Shown here: piece by piece, positions 18,292 through 26,518 of the stretch | How the letters are laid out: every line of letters starts with the position of its first letter | Position numbering within the stretch: position 1 is the stretch's first letter | Source of the DNA: Pseudomonadota bacterium | GTDB taxonomy: Bacteria > Bdellovibrionota > FAC87 > UBA2466 | DNA length: 27,185 nucleotides | Assembly: GCA_043767805.1 (NCBI GenBank) | Contig: JAYUGC010000125.1 | Coordinates: forward strand, 1-27,185 | Direction: 5' to 3' | Position numbers and translations under genes: made by a program | The notes under the pieces: model-generated | Seen by the model: the letters and a program-made list of their open reading frames with translations, nothing else | The model's database searches: none | Told to the model about the DNA's origin: nothing

Positions 18292-19266
18292 CTACCAAAG
18301 ATTCGAGCGCGGATTGAACGGCTCTTCCTGCGCGAGCCGGGCCGCTTCCTGATATTTTCCTTCGGTGACCTTCGGGATCTTGATGAGCACTTCCACGAAC
18401 TGATCCCCGCGATTGCCCGTCTTCGTCGACTTGATTCCCTTGCCCGCGAGCTTCAAGCGCTGGCCGCTTGAGATTCCCGGCGGCAAGCGAAGCGTCGCCT
18501 TTCCGTCCAGGGTCGGCACTTCGATCTCACCGCCCAGAACCGCCTCACTGAAAGAAATGGGAACCTTCAGGAGAATGGCGTCCTCTTCGCGGGTGAAATG
18601 TCCGTGAGGCAAAACACTCAAAGTCAGAATGAGATCGCCCGCCGGGCCGCCGCCCGCGCCCGGCTCTCCTTGGGCCTTTAGCTTGATCTTGGAGCCCGTG
18701 GACACGCCTTCCGGAATGGTCACCGTGAGCTTTCGGCCGTCAGTCAATTCGATGTAGCGTTCGCCGCCCCGGGCCGCTTCCATGAAGGAAATGGTGAGCT
18801 GCGTCTCCTGGTCGCCGCCTTTTCTGCGCAAGCCGGCGCTCTCCTCGCTCCAACGCGGGCCGCCTCGCCCGCCCCCGGCGCCACCACCCCGGCGGCCGCT
18901 GAAAATCTCTTCGAAGAGATCCCCTAAACCAAAATCGCCAAACCCTTCGCCCGCCGAGCCAAACGGGTTTCCCTGTCCAGGACCCGGCTGACCGGGCCGC
19001 CATTGCCCGCCGGGACCGCCGCCCGCGCGAGCCCGCGCGAAGGGATCGGCACCGGCCGCGCGCATGGCGTCGTACTGAGCTTTTTTCTTCGGGTCCTTCA
19101 GAACCTCATAAGCCAAGTTAACTTCCTTGAACTTTTGCTCCGAGGCTTTGTCGCCGGGATTGAAATCCGGGTGATACTTCTTGGCGAGCTGGTGAAAAGC
19201 CTTACGGAGCTCGGCATCCGTCGCGCCCTTCTTCACGCCCAAAATCTCGTACAAGTCCTTTTCCAC
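18292..19266 (-). CDS. class II DnaJ (CbpA-like) co-chaperone
   Basis: J domain with HPD, G/F-rich linker and DnaJ_C domain. No CxxCxGxG zinc finger. Confidence 0.93.
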   Translation of the reverse strand: MEKDLYEILGVKKGATDAELRKAFHQLAKKYHPDFNPGDKASEQKFKEVNLAYEVLKDPKKKAQYDAMRAAGADPFARARAGGGPGGQWRPGQPGPGQGNPFGSAGEGFGDFGLGDLFEEIFSGRRGGGAGGGRGGPRWSEESAGLRRKGGDQETQLTISFMEAARGGERYIELTDGRKLTVTIPEGVSTGSKIKLKAQGEPGAGGGPAGDLILTLSVLPHGHFTREEDAILLKVPISFSEAVLGGEIEVPTLDGKATLRLPPGISSGQRLKLAGKGIKSTKTGNRGDQFVEVLIKIPKVTEGKYQEAARLAQEEPFNPRSNLW

Positions 19267-19310
19267 GCCTTACCCTTCCCCGTTGCCGGGTTTACCGCTA
19301 TGACTTTCTG

Positions 19311-19610
19311 ATGACCTTTAAGGAATACCTCGCCGCGTACCCACTTTACCACCGCCATCCGGTGAACAAAGCGCTTCACCTAGTCTGTATTCCTATTATC
19401 ATTCTAGGCACTGTGGCCCTCTTTTCCAGTTATTGGAAAATTGGGCTCACGGGCTTCATTCTTGGCTGGATTGGCCAGTTCGTGGGACACTGGATCGAAG
19501 GATCGCGTCCCGCCTTCATCGGCAGCCCGATTTTTCTGTTCGCGGCCCCCATCTGGTACGTACAAATGGTCGCGAAGGGCCTCAAAAAACTCTTCGGAGG
19601 CGGCCGCTAA
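19311..19610 (+). CDS. DUF962 (Mpo1-like) membrane protein
   Basis: Y...HRHPVNKALHLVCIP...GWIGQFVGHWIEG.RPAF. Confidence 0.92.
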   Translation: MTFKEYLAAYPLYHRHPVNKALHLVCIPIIILGTVALFSSYWKIGLTGFILGWIGQFVGHWIEGSRPAFIGSPIFLFAAPIWYVQMVAKGLKKLFGGGR

Positions 19611-19622
19611 AAAACAGCCTTC

Positions 19623-21566
19623 ATGACACGCTTGGTTCTCATCGCCGGACTTCTGGTAACTCTCGCCGGCGCGCCGCCGGCCGCCAAACGACGTCATCAA
19701 GCCGAGGAAGGCAAGCTCCCCCCGACCAAAAGCGGCCAGACCACGACGTCGCCGACAAAGGAAGAGAAAACCCTTCCCGGGTTTTCCGAGATTCGGGCTA
19801 CCGAGAACGGTAAAGGCGTAGGTCAACTGACAGGCTCGCCGTCACGTCCCCATTTTCTCACGGGAAGCGATCGCCTGGGTCTCGCCAAGCCCTGCGATCA
19901 CAAGATTCCGCTAGAGCAGCTATTCGCGTTTCCCCACCCGACCGATTTGCAAAACGCGGCGGAAGGACCGGCCTATTTAGCCGAGGGCAAACTTTCCCAG
20001 ATCACGGCGGAAGGAAAAACGCCGGTGACCGTTTTCTCGGGGACGACTTCCCTATTCCGGGTTAGTCCCGACGGCCATGCGATTGCCGGCGCTTCCGAGG
20101 GCACCACGAAATCGACTTTGCACTTTCGCCAATCCGGTCCGGCCCGAACGCCGGTGGAAATCCCGGGTGTCGTGCTCTCGATGGAATGGAAGCCTCCCGC
20201 GGGGGATCTCCTGCTCAGCGTCGGATCGGCGGACGGCTTTCAGCTCTATCGCTTGGCGCCGGGCGCCGCTCAGCCTTCTCCCGGGCAAAAGCTCGACGGC
20301 CTCGCCTATGTGACCGATGTTTCCCCCGACGGCAACCAAGCGGCCTACACGATTGAGCGTTCCGACGTACGCAGCGAGATTTGGCTTTGGGATCTCACGA
20401 CGAATCAAACTAAGCGGTGGCTGAAAAGCAAAGGCCTTGCCCGCGCCGGAAAGTTCAGCGGCGATTCGAAGGGACTCTTTTTTATCGACGACGGCAAGAC
20501 CGGGCACGCGAAGCTATATTACGCCGCCATGAAGGATCCAGAGACCACGCGTCTCATCGCGGGCGGGAAGCCCGAAGTGCAGAGCTTCACTTTGAGCCCT
20601 AGCCGAAACACGTTGGCCGTGGAGACGAGTGAAGACGGCTACAGCCGGCTTACCGGAGTCACGTTAGATCCCGCGGGCCGCATCCGCGGACAATGGGTGG
20701 CGCCGAAGTTGTCTCCGGGAGTCATCGAGTCTCTCGCTTTTACCGACGATTCTCGTCTCTTTTTCGTTCGTAGCTCTACTCAAGAGCCTCACGAGATTTG
20801 GGCCGCGGACCAAGGCCAAACGGCGAAATGGTCTCGCTTCTACGGCGGCACGGTTCCCCCCGATTGTTGGGCCGGCGAGCTCGCCGTAACCTACCCGACC
20901 TTCGACGGCAAAGCGGTACCCGCCTTCCTCTATCCGTCCTCGACGCCGTTAACGTCGGCCGGCGCGGTTTTCCTGCAAGGCGAGCCCGAAGAAACGTATC
21001 GCCCCGGTTTTCATCCGCTCGTGCGGTACTTGATCGAGCGCGGAGTGACGGTGATCGCGCCCAATCCGCGGGGACGCGCGGGTTATGGACGCGATTGGCG
21101 GCTGCTCGGCGAAGGCAGCCACCGCGCGCAAGCCGCGCGCGATCTTGCCTGGGCGGGAAAATGGCTCGAGAAAGAAAAACGGGCCGACGCAAACCGCATC
21201 GGAGCCGTGGGCTCCGGCTATAGCGGCTGGGTCGCGCACGCGGCCGATGAGTTAGTTCCCGGTCAATTCGCCTCCGTTACTTTGACCGATCCTTGGCAGG
21301 CGCCGGGGAATGGTTTTATCGGAGGCCGGCCTTTCGAAGAGCGAAAGCAGCAATCCACGCAGCTGCGCGAAGGGGTCGCGGCGATCGTCGCGGCGGGGGA
21401 TAGCGCGTCGCTAACTCCGAAAATGATTTTTGGTCCCGCGCAGACGGGCGCCCGCCTTCCCGCTTCCGAACAAGCGGCGGCCGATCTCACGACCGCTTCA
21501 GGCCGCACGGCGCACGCTCGCGCCGTCGTTTCTTTTCTGGAGTCCAAAAAAAGAAAGGGCCCCTGA
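19623..21566 (+). CDS. S9 (acylaminoacyl peptidase-like) homologue with beta-propeller; catalytic motifs degenerate
   Basis: Signal peptide, SPDG repeats, YPTFDG..VPAFLY, APNPRGRAGYGR and DANRIGAVG. QGEP replaces HGGP and GSGYSG replaces GxSYGG. Confidence 0.85.
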   Translation: MTRLVLIAGLLVTLAGAPPAAKRRHQAEEGKLPPTKSGQTTTSPTKEEKTLPGFSEIRATENGKGVGQLTGSPSRPHFLTGSDRLGLAKPCDHKIPLEQLFAFPHPTDLQNAAEGPAYLAEGKLSQITAEGKTPVTVFSGTTSLFRVSPDGHAIAGASEGTTKSTLHFRQSGPARTPVEIPGVVLSMEWKPPAGDLLLSVGSADGFQLYRLAPGAAQPSPGQKLDGLAYVTDVSPDGNQAAYTIERSDVRSEIWLWDLTTNQTKRWLKSKGLARAGKFSGDSKGLFFIDDGKTGHAKLYYAAMKDPETTRLIAGGKPEVQSFTLSPSRNTLAVETSEDGYSRLTGVTLDPAGRIRGQWVAPKLSPGVIESLAFTDDSRLFFVRSSTQEPHEIWAADQGQTAKWSRFYGGTVPPDCWAGELAVTYPTFDGKAVPAFLYPSSTPLTSAGAVFLQGEPEETYRPGFHPLVRYLIERGVTVIAPNPRGRAGYGRDWRLLGEGSHRAQAARDLAWAGKWLEKEKRADANRIGAVGSGYSGWVAHAADELVPGQFASVTLTDPWQAPGNGFIGGRPFEERKQQSTQLREGVAAIVAAGDSASLTPKMIFGPAQTGARLPASEQAAADLTTASGRTAHARAVVSFLESKKRKGP

Positions 21567-21583
21567 TAAACAGGAGCCCTTTC
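21546..21583 (-). terminator. intrinsic terminator oriented for the minus strand
   Basis: GAAAGGGCUCCUG-UUUAU-CAGGGGCCCUUUC followed by U7. The single U-G pair is a C-A mismatch on the plus strand. Confidence 0.88.
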
Positions 21584-21819
21584 GAAAACGGCTTTGGAAT
21601 ATGTTTTGTGTCGTCAGTGTTGTTGCTTAGTTGTCGTCTCGTTGTGCTCTAGTTGTTTATCTAATGTGTCCTAAGTTGTGTCTCTCGGGTGTCGTACTCT
21701 AGTTGCTATCTCGTTGTGTCGTCGTTTGAGTTTCAAAGTTGTCGTACTGTGATGTTTGCTTTTGTGTTTTGTATATTCCCGCGCCGTGTCCTTGTGTCGG
21801 GTTGTTGCTACCGTACGAG
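21546..21819 (-). ncRNA. candidate sigma54-dependent A/C-rich repetitive small RNA (~270 nt)
   Basis: Bounded by a sigma54 promoter and a terminator, with no ATG/GTG on this strand. It contains 11 CAAC and 7 GACAC motifs and a long-range closing stem. Confidence 0.75.
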
Positions 21820-21828
21820 AACTCTTAA

Positions 21829-21846
21829 TTGCAGTGCGTGTGCCAA
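21829..21846 (-). promoter_or_regulatory. sigma54 promoter
   Basis: TTGGCACACGCACTGCAA (GG-N10-GC), predicted start ~21819. Confidence 0.85.
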
Positions 21847-22292
21847 GGTCATAGGCTCACGATCATTGAAGAAATACAGATGTCGAAAGAAGGCAGAAGC
21901 TTAAGCTTCTGACACCCCCACCCCCCGAAAACGTAAGTGGTTGAAACCAGACGGCTGAACCTGAATACAGTTGAGACACAGGGTTTAAGCCTGATTGGAT
22001 ACAGACTCCACACCAATTGGGAAAAAGAGTTGGGACTTTAGACCCTTAGCCTGTATTCCAGGGTGCGAAAAGACCGTCATAAAGCGGGCACTTCGGCTAA
22101 GTCTTTATTTTCACGTGGGTTTTGGATGCCCGTCCACACGCATCTGGAAGAGGAAATAGGGCGGCAGGCTCACTCCGCCTTGGCTCGCGCCCGTACAAAG
22201 GTAGTCGTCGCGGCAAGGCGCCCCGTCTCCGCAAGCGCGAAGGCCTGCGGGCCGTACCTGCTCTTTTAAGCAGGCTGGAAATGAGGAACAAC

Positions 22293-23261
22293 TTACCCTC
22301 CGAACTCGAAGAAGGCGTCAAAGCCAATGCGTTGGATCGCGACCGGCGCCCGCGTGAAACTCATGCCGTAGCGAGCGCGCAGGGCGATGGTGAGCACCTC
22401 GTTCATCGAAAGGCGATAACCGACGGTGACGAGCCCGAAGAGGGTCGACATGTCCATCGGTGTGGCATAGCCGAGTTCCGGAGGAATGTCGTTGAAGCTG
22501 AGGCCCATGGAGTACTGAATGCCGCCGCCCACTTCGAAACGCTCGATGAGGTAGCGGACTTGCGCGTTTACATCGAAGAAGCCGAACTGAAGCTGCTTCC
22601 CGTTCGTATTCCCGATCCCTTGCACCATGGTGTAGTTGGTCTCGACGTGGAACGCGAGGCTCGGGCCGGAGAAAATTCCGATGTGCGCACCGACCGAGTA
22701 GCCAAAGCCCGTGTACACGTCGGGGCTGAGGTCCGTGGTAAGAATGGATAACTCGGGCGCAATGTGGAGCCCATAAAAGAACGACTGCTCGCGCCGAAGG
22801 AGAAGACCTTCATCCTTAGGGACGCGCAGACGATTCGAGGGGCGCACTCGCTCACGAGGCACTTCCTCCTCGTCCTCGTCTTTCGCCACTTTCTTATCTG
22901 GATCGTTGCCGCGCGAGGCTTCACTCAAGGCCTCTTCGGCGACCCAGCCGTCGACGACGCCGTCCTCGAGCTCCACTTCGATGTGATGGTAACGATCCTT
23001 GCGCTCGCCTTTTTGCGTGACGATGGTGCCCTTCGGCAAACGTCCCAGACTATTGGACTTCGGGGAAGGCTTCTCCCGGAGATCCGTCTCTTTGGTGATT
23101 TGACCGGCGTCTCCCGCGCTCTCCGCTCGCGCGAGTGCCGTGAGCGCGACGGCCGCGAGAACTACGAGCGCGAAAAGACCCCGACGAACTCGATGTGGCG
23201 CGTGTGCGGGAACATGTCCAACGGCTGAACTTTCTGAAAGGTGAAGTTCTGTTTCAGACAT
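22293..23261 (-). CDS. SH3-domain plus outer-membrane beta-barrel protein
   Basis: Signal-like helix, bacterial SH3 (TDLREKPS....LGRLPKGT.V.....YHHI.....DGWV), acidic linker, and amphipathic strands ending in AFFEF. Confidence 0.78.
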   Translation of the reverse strand: MSETELHLSESSAVGHVPAHAPHRVRRGLFALVVLAAVALTALARAESAGDAGQITKETDLREKPSPKSNSLGRLPKGTIVTQKGERKDRYHHIEVELEDGVVDGWVAEEALSEASRGNDPDKKVAKDEDEEEVPRERVRPSNRLRVPKDEGLLLRREQSFFYGLHIAPELSILTTDLSPDVYTGFGYSVGAHIGIFSGPSLAFHVETNYTMVQGIGNTNGKQLQFGFFDVNAQVRYLIERFEVGGGIQYSMGLSFNDIPPELGYATPMDMSTLFGLVTVGYRLSMNEVLTIALRARYGMSFTRAPVAIQRIGFDAFFEFGG

Positions 23262-24265
23262 TGAACGTCCTTGGCGAACGCGACCGGGAAACAGGAAACG
23301 TAGATGACCGTTTTAATGCCGTCGTGGAGGAAAGTTTCCAGCGGAACCGTCATGCCGGTGCGCGGCGGATCCAGAATTAGTGTATCACAGCGCTCTCTTA
23401 CCTCTTCGGGCAATTTGGCTTCCGCCGTCTCGATGGTGCCCACCGTGAACGTCGTTTTCGTAATACTTCGTTCGGTCGCGACATCTCGGGCGCGCTGCAC
23501 AGCAGCCTTCGAGGAATCCACGCCGTAAACGGACTCGACATGCGGCAGATAAGCGAACGTCAGATTGCCGTTGCCGCAAAAAAGCTCCAGAACGTGCTTG
23601 CTGCCGTTATCGATTACCGCTTGAGCCACCGCTTCCCGGAGATTTTCATTCTGGCCCGGGTTGATCTGAGTGAAACCGCCGGCGCCGTGGGCGACGTCGT
23701 ACAGCCAACCTACTTCCCCGCGGTCATCCACGAAGAGCTCGGCTTTCCGGAGGATGGGAGTGGGATCCTGGCGCAATTTCTCGATGGCGCCGTTTAAGAG
23801 CGGGTGGATTACCCGGCAATGTTTCACGTCCACGATCTCGTGACTGCCCCGCTTGTAAAAGCCGACTTGGTCGCCCAGCTGCCGCACTTGAATGCGGTTA
23901 CGGTAGCCAAAAACTTCGGGCGAAGGCGCGATGGGCTCGGTCGTTTGCGCGACGAGGTCGCCTCTTTCCAGCACGTGCTCGAGTGTCGCCTCTTTCGCGC
24001 GCAGCTGAGCGGAATATTCCCATTGAAGCCAATCACAGCCGCCACACACTTTAAAATGCTCGCACTGGGGATCGACTCGCTCGGGAGAAGGCGTCTCGAC
24101 TTTATCGAGCTGCGCGTCCCGGTAACGCTTGCGAGTCTGCTCGGGCGTAACGCTCACGTGATCGCCGGTAATGGCGCCCGGCACGAAATAAATATTTCCT
24201 TCCGTGTCGTGGCCGACGCCCTGGCCTTCCAGGCCCATGCGCGTGATTTCGATTTGAACGTTCAC
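23162..24265 (-). CDS. rlmD: RlmD/TrmA family RNA m5U methyltransferase with TRAM domain
   Basis: CEHFKVCGGC, YRNR, FTQIN, ELFCGNGN, ILDPPRTG, YVSC.P and DMFPHTRHIE. Start re-called at GTG 24265, overlapping the upstream stop. Confidence 0.85.
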   Translation of the reverse strand: MNVQIEITRMGLEGQGVGHDTEGNIYFVPGAITGDHVSVTPEQTRKRYRDAQLDKVETPSPERVDPQCEHFKVCGGCDWLQWEYSAQLRAKEATLEHVLERGDLVAQTTEPIAPSPEVFGYRNRIQVRQLGDQVGFYKRGSHEIVDVKHCRVIHPLLNGAIEKLRQDPTPILRKAELFVDDRGEVGWLYDVAHGAGGFTQINPGQNENLREAVAQAVIDNGSKHVLELFCGNGNLTFAYLPHVESVYGVDSSKAAVQRARDVATERSITKTTFTVGTIETAEAKLPEEVRERCDTLILDPPRTGMTVPLETFLHDGIKTVIYVSCFPVAFAKDVQCLKQNFTFQKVQPLDMFPHTRHIEFVGVFSRS

Positions 24266-24825
24266 TTCAAGCTCTCCATTACAGCCTGAGCCACTTGCTC
24301 GGGGGTCGGCATTTTGCGGCGGCCTTCTGCTTCGGCCACCTCGGGAATGGTCGCGCCCCATTCTCTCAGCTGCTCTAAGGAAGGCTCATAGCGCGGATGA
24401 GCCAGCAACTTTTCGTTCATGGTCGGATAGAGCACTACCGGGAGTTTCGCTCCAAGATGCCCGGCTAGGGTCAGAGTCACCACATTGTCCGTGATTCCGA
24501 GCGCGGCCTTGACGATCGTATTAAGGGTGGCGGGCGCAATGACGAGCACGTCAAACTCTTCCAAGTATTCCACGGGAGCGTCCGCTTCCCGCACGGGTTT
24601 TCGCCCGGCGGCCCACTCTATAGAGAGAGGCGTGATGAACTTTTCGACCGAAGGCGTGAGGAATGGAAACACTTCGGCGCCGTGGCGGCGTAACTCGCGA
24701 ATGATTTTCACAACTTCCACGGACCCAATCCCACCGGTCACGCCAAAAGCAATGCGCTTGCCCGTGAGCCGCTCGGACTTCGGCGTTACCGCTCGATCTG
24801 CAATTTTGCCTTTAACTTTTTTCAT
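24262..24825 (-). CDS. stand-alone HFCD flavoprotein (CoaC / phosphopantothenoylcysteine decarboxylase-like)
   Basis: GVTGGIG, APATLNTI.K.A.GI.DN and PTMN motifs. No CoaB domain. Confidence 0.85.
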   Translation of the reverse strand: MKKVKGKIADRAVTPKSERLTGKRIAFGVTGGIGSVEVVKIIRELRRHGAEVFPFLTPSVEKFITPLSIEWAAGRKPVREADAPVEYLEEFDVLVIAPATLNTIVKAALGITDNVVTLTLAGHLGAKLPVVLYPTMNEKLLAHPRYEPSLEQLREWGATIPEVAEAEGRRKMPTPEQVAQAVMESLK

Positions 24826-24969
24826 AGGGGGACCTAGGCGAAAACGCGCGCAATATACACGGTTCGCGGTTACCTGGGTTCCTCTTTTTTTCGAGGGGAT
24901 TGGCTCTTGTGGCCATAGGGGTGTTGTGCTAGTTTTCGGGGTCTTCGAAAGAAGGTTGAGGAGGATCTC

Positions 24970-25320
24970 ATGGGCGAAATCGTAATGTACGCGAAGAAGA
25001 GCTGCACCCAGTGCAAGAAGGCTATCGCGTTCCTAAATAAAAAAGGCGTCACCTACCAGGTGAAGGACATCGTTCACGAGCCGCCCCCGCGCAGCCTCCT
25101 CGAAAAAGTCATCAAGGCGGAGAATATCTACGCCTCTCTCAATCAGCGCTCCACGACCTACCGGGACAACCAGCTCGGCAAGCGTCGCACCACGAAGAAT
25201 GAGGCCATCCGCCTCATGCTCAAAGATCCGAACCTGATTAAGCGTCCTCTCCTTATCAAGGACAACAAGGCTTATCAGGGCTTCGAAGAAATCTCTTTGA
25301 TGGATTTCGTGAATTCCTAA
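24970..25320 (+). CDS. ArsC/Spx (MgsR-like) family protein
   Basis: SCTQCKKA..FL, DI..EPP and P.LIKRPLL motifs, with a GAGGAG RBS. Confidence 0.9.
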   Translation: MGEIVMYAKKSCTQCKKAIAFLNKKGVTYQVKDIVHEPPPRSLLEKVIKAENIYASLNQRSTTYRDNQLGKRRTTKNEAIRLMLKDPNLIKRPLLIKDNKAYQGFEEISLMDFVNS

Positions 25321-25583
25321 ACCGGCTGAATACGTCGATCTTTCAGTGCCCCTAAAAAAGTAAACGCTTCTCGCTAGTTGCGGACGTGTATTCCCTTTGG
25401 TGGACGTTTGCGCTCTCCAGGCTGGAGCGTTTCGGGAGCGCACCCTGTGAATACTTGCCGCTAGGGATACTTCGGTGGGGTGCTTGAAATTTCGTGCGTA
25501 ATTCACTGTCTAAGAAGTTCGAGATCGTCAAAAAGATCGTCCCCTGTCTACGGTTTCGCCTCACTGTTTCAAAGCCACACAAA

Positions 25584-25600
25584 CGGTACGCTCGTTGCAA
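25584..25600 (+). promoter_or_regulatory. putative sigma54 promoter
   Basis: CGGTACGCTCGTTGCAA (GG-N10-GC), ~35 nt upstream of ATG 25634. Confidence 0.6.
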
Positions 25601-25633
25601 TTCAATCCCTTGTGAATAAACGGGGGGTGACAG

Positions 25634-26485
25634 ATGGGAGATAAATGGAATGGAGGAACTCCACTAGAGTTCTTCCTCTGGCGAAGAGAGGACAAGAAGA
25701 GTCCTCAAGCTTCGTCGGAAAAAACGGTCCAAGGACCGGCCGATGAGGCCAACCTCATTGGCGATGCGCTTAGAATCTTCAACTCCAGGACCCGCACGGT
25801 CCGCCGGAGCAGCGGAGGCTTCAGCGTAGCCGAGCCTTATCAAATTGTGTTCCTCGATCCTACGAAGCCTGATTGCAACAAGCCTGAAGTTCGCATCAAA
25901 GTGCGCTTTAAGGATTTCAAAGTCACTCGCAACGGAGAGATTTCCACCGGGGAACCCATTACGCACACGAAAGTCGTGTCGCCGTCGGAGCTCGGGGAAG
26001 CTTTCAGTTACGACCTGACCAAAAAAGAAACTCAAACCTACGTAGCCGATTTCGGCCAGGGCATCGTGCCCGTGCACGTGATCGAGTTTCGCACCGAAGG
26101 ATTAGGCCAGACCATGGCTTACTTCATCGAAAGCGAAGACTTCAGCCGACTTCTCTCGCGAGAAACGGGCGCCACGCAGGTTCAGCTCTATAAGGTAGAC
26201 CGGGAAGTCATCCGCTTCGCGGAAGCGAAACGCTCTCAGGGTGGCAAGTCCGAATGGGACCACGCGCGGGAAAACTACCTGCACTTGAAACGTAAGGGAA
26301 TCACGGTGGTGCCGCCGGCTTTGGTTTGCGGTAAGCCGACTCCGCTTGCGACGGGACGGACGCCCTTGGAAGTGCGCTCGCTGCTCACGAAAGTGATTCG
26401 GCTGGCCGACCAAGGCGAGTCGGCGACGCCGACCCGGAACACCGACACGGGTGAGATGATTCCCTTTGGTGTGTTTGAAGGTTGA
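25634..26485 (+). CDS. hypothetical protein
   Basis: 283-aa ORF with a GGGGGTG RBS, a promoter upstream and a strong hairpin downstream. No family recognised. Confidence 0.7.
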   Translation: MGDKWNGGTPLEFFLWRREDKKSPQASSEKTVQGPADEANLIGDALRIFNSRTRTVRRSSGGFSVAEPYQIVFLDPTKPDCNKPEVRIKVRFKDFKVTRNGEISTGEPITHTKVVSPSELGEAFSYDLTKKETQTYVADFGQGIVPVHVIEFRTEGLGQTMAYFIESEDFSRLLSRETGATQVQLYKVDREVIRFAEAKRSQGGKSEWDHARENYLHLKRKGITVVPPALVCGKPTPLATGRTPLEVRSLLTKVIRLADQGESATPTRNTDTGEMIPFGVFEG

Positions 26486-26518
26486 AAAAAGTTAACGCTC
26501 CTGACGATGTTACCCTAG

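Noticed and set aside
21600..21810. CRISPR array or simple tandem repeat
   Set aside because: The repeats are only 4-10 nt, irregularly shuffled, with no constant repeat-spacer period and no cas genes.
21689..21904. 71-aa Cys/Val-rich plus-strand ORF (and 21430-21630)
   Set aside because: Its composition just reflects the GT-rich strand. There is no RBS, and both promoter and terminator point to the minus strand.
22063..22327. Short ORFs or a structured RNA between the SH3 gene and the sRNA promoter region
   Set aside because: No RBS, motif or convincing fold was seen, only a weak CCTGCT/AGCAGG hairpin.
25390..26471. 13-bp direct repeat ATTCCCTTTGGTG at 25390 and 26459 as att sites
   Set aside because: A few 13-mer matches are expected by chance in 27 kb. 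There is no integrase, and one copy lies within the coding sequence.
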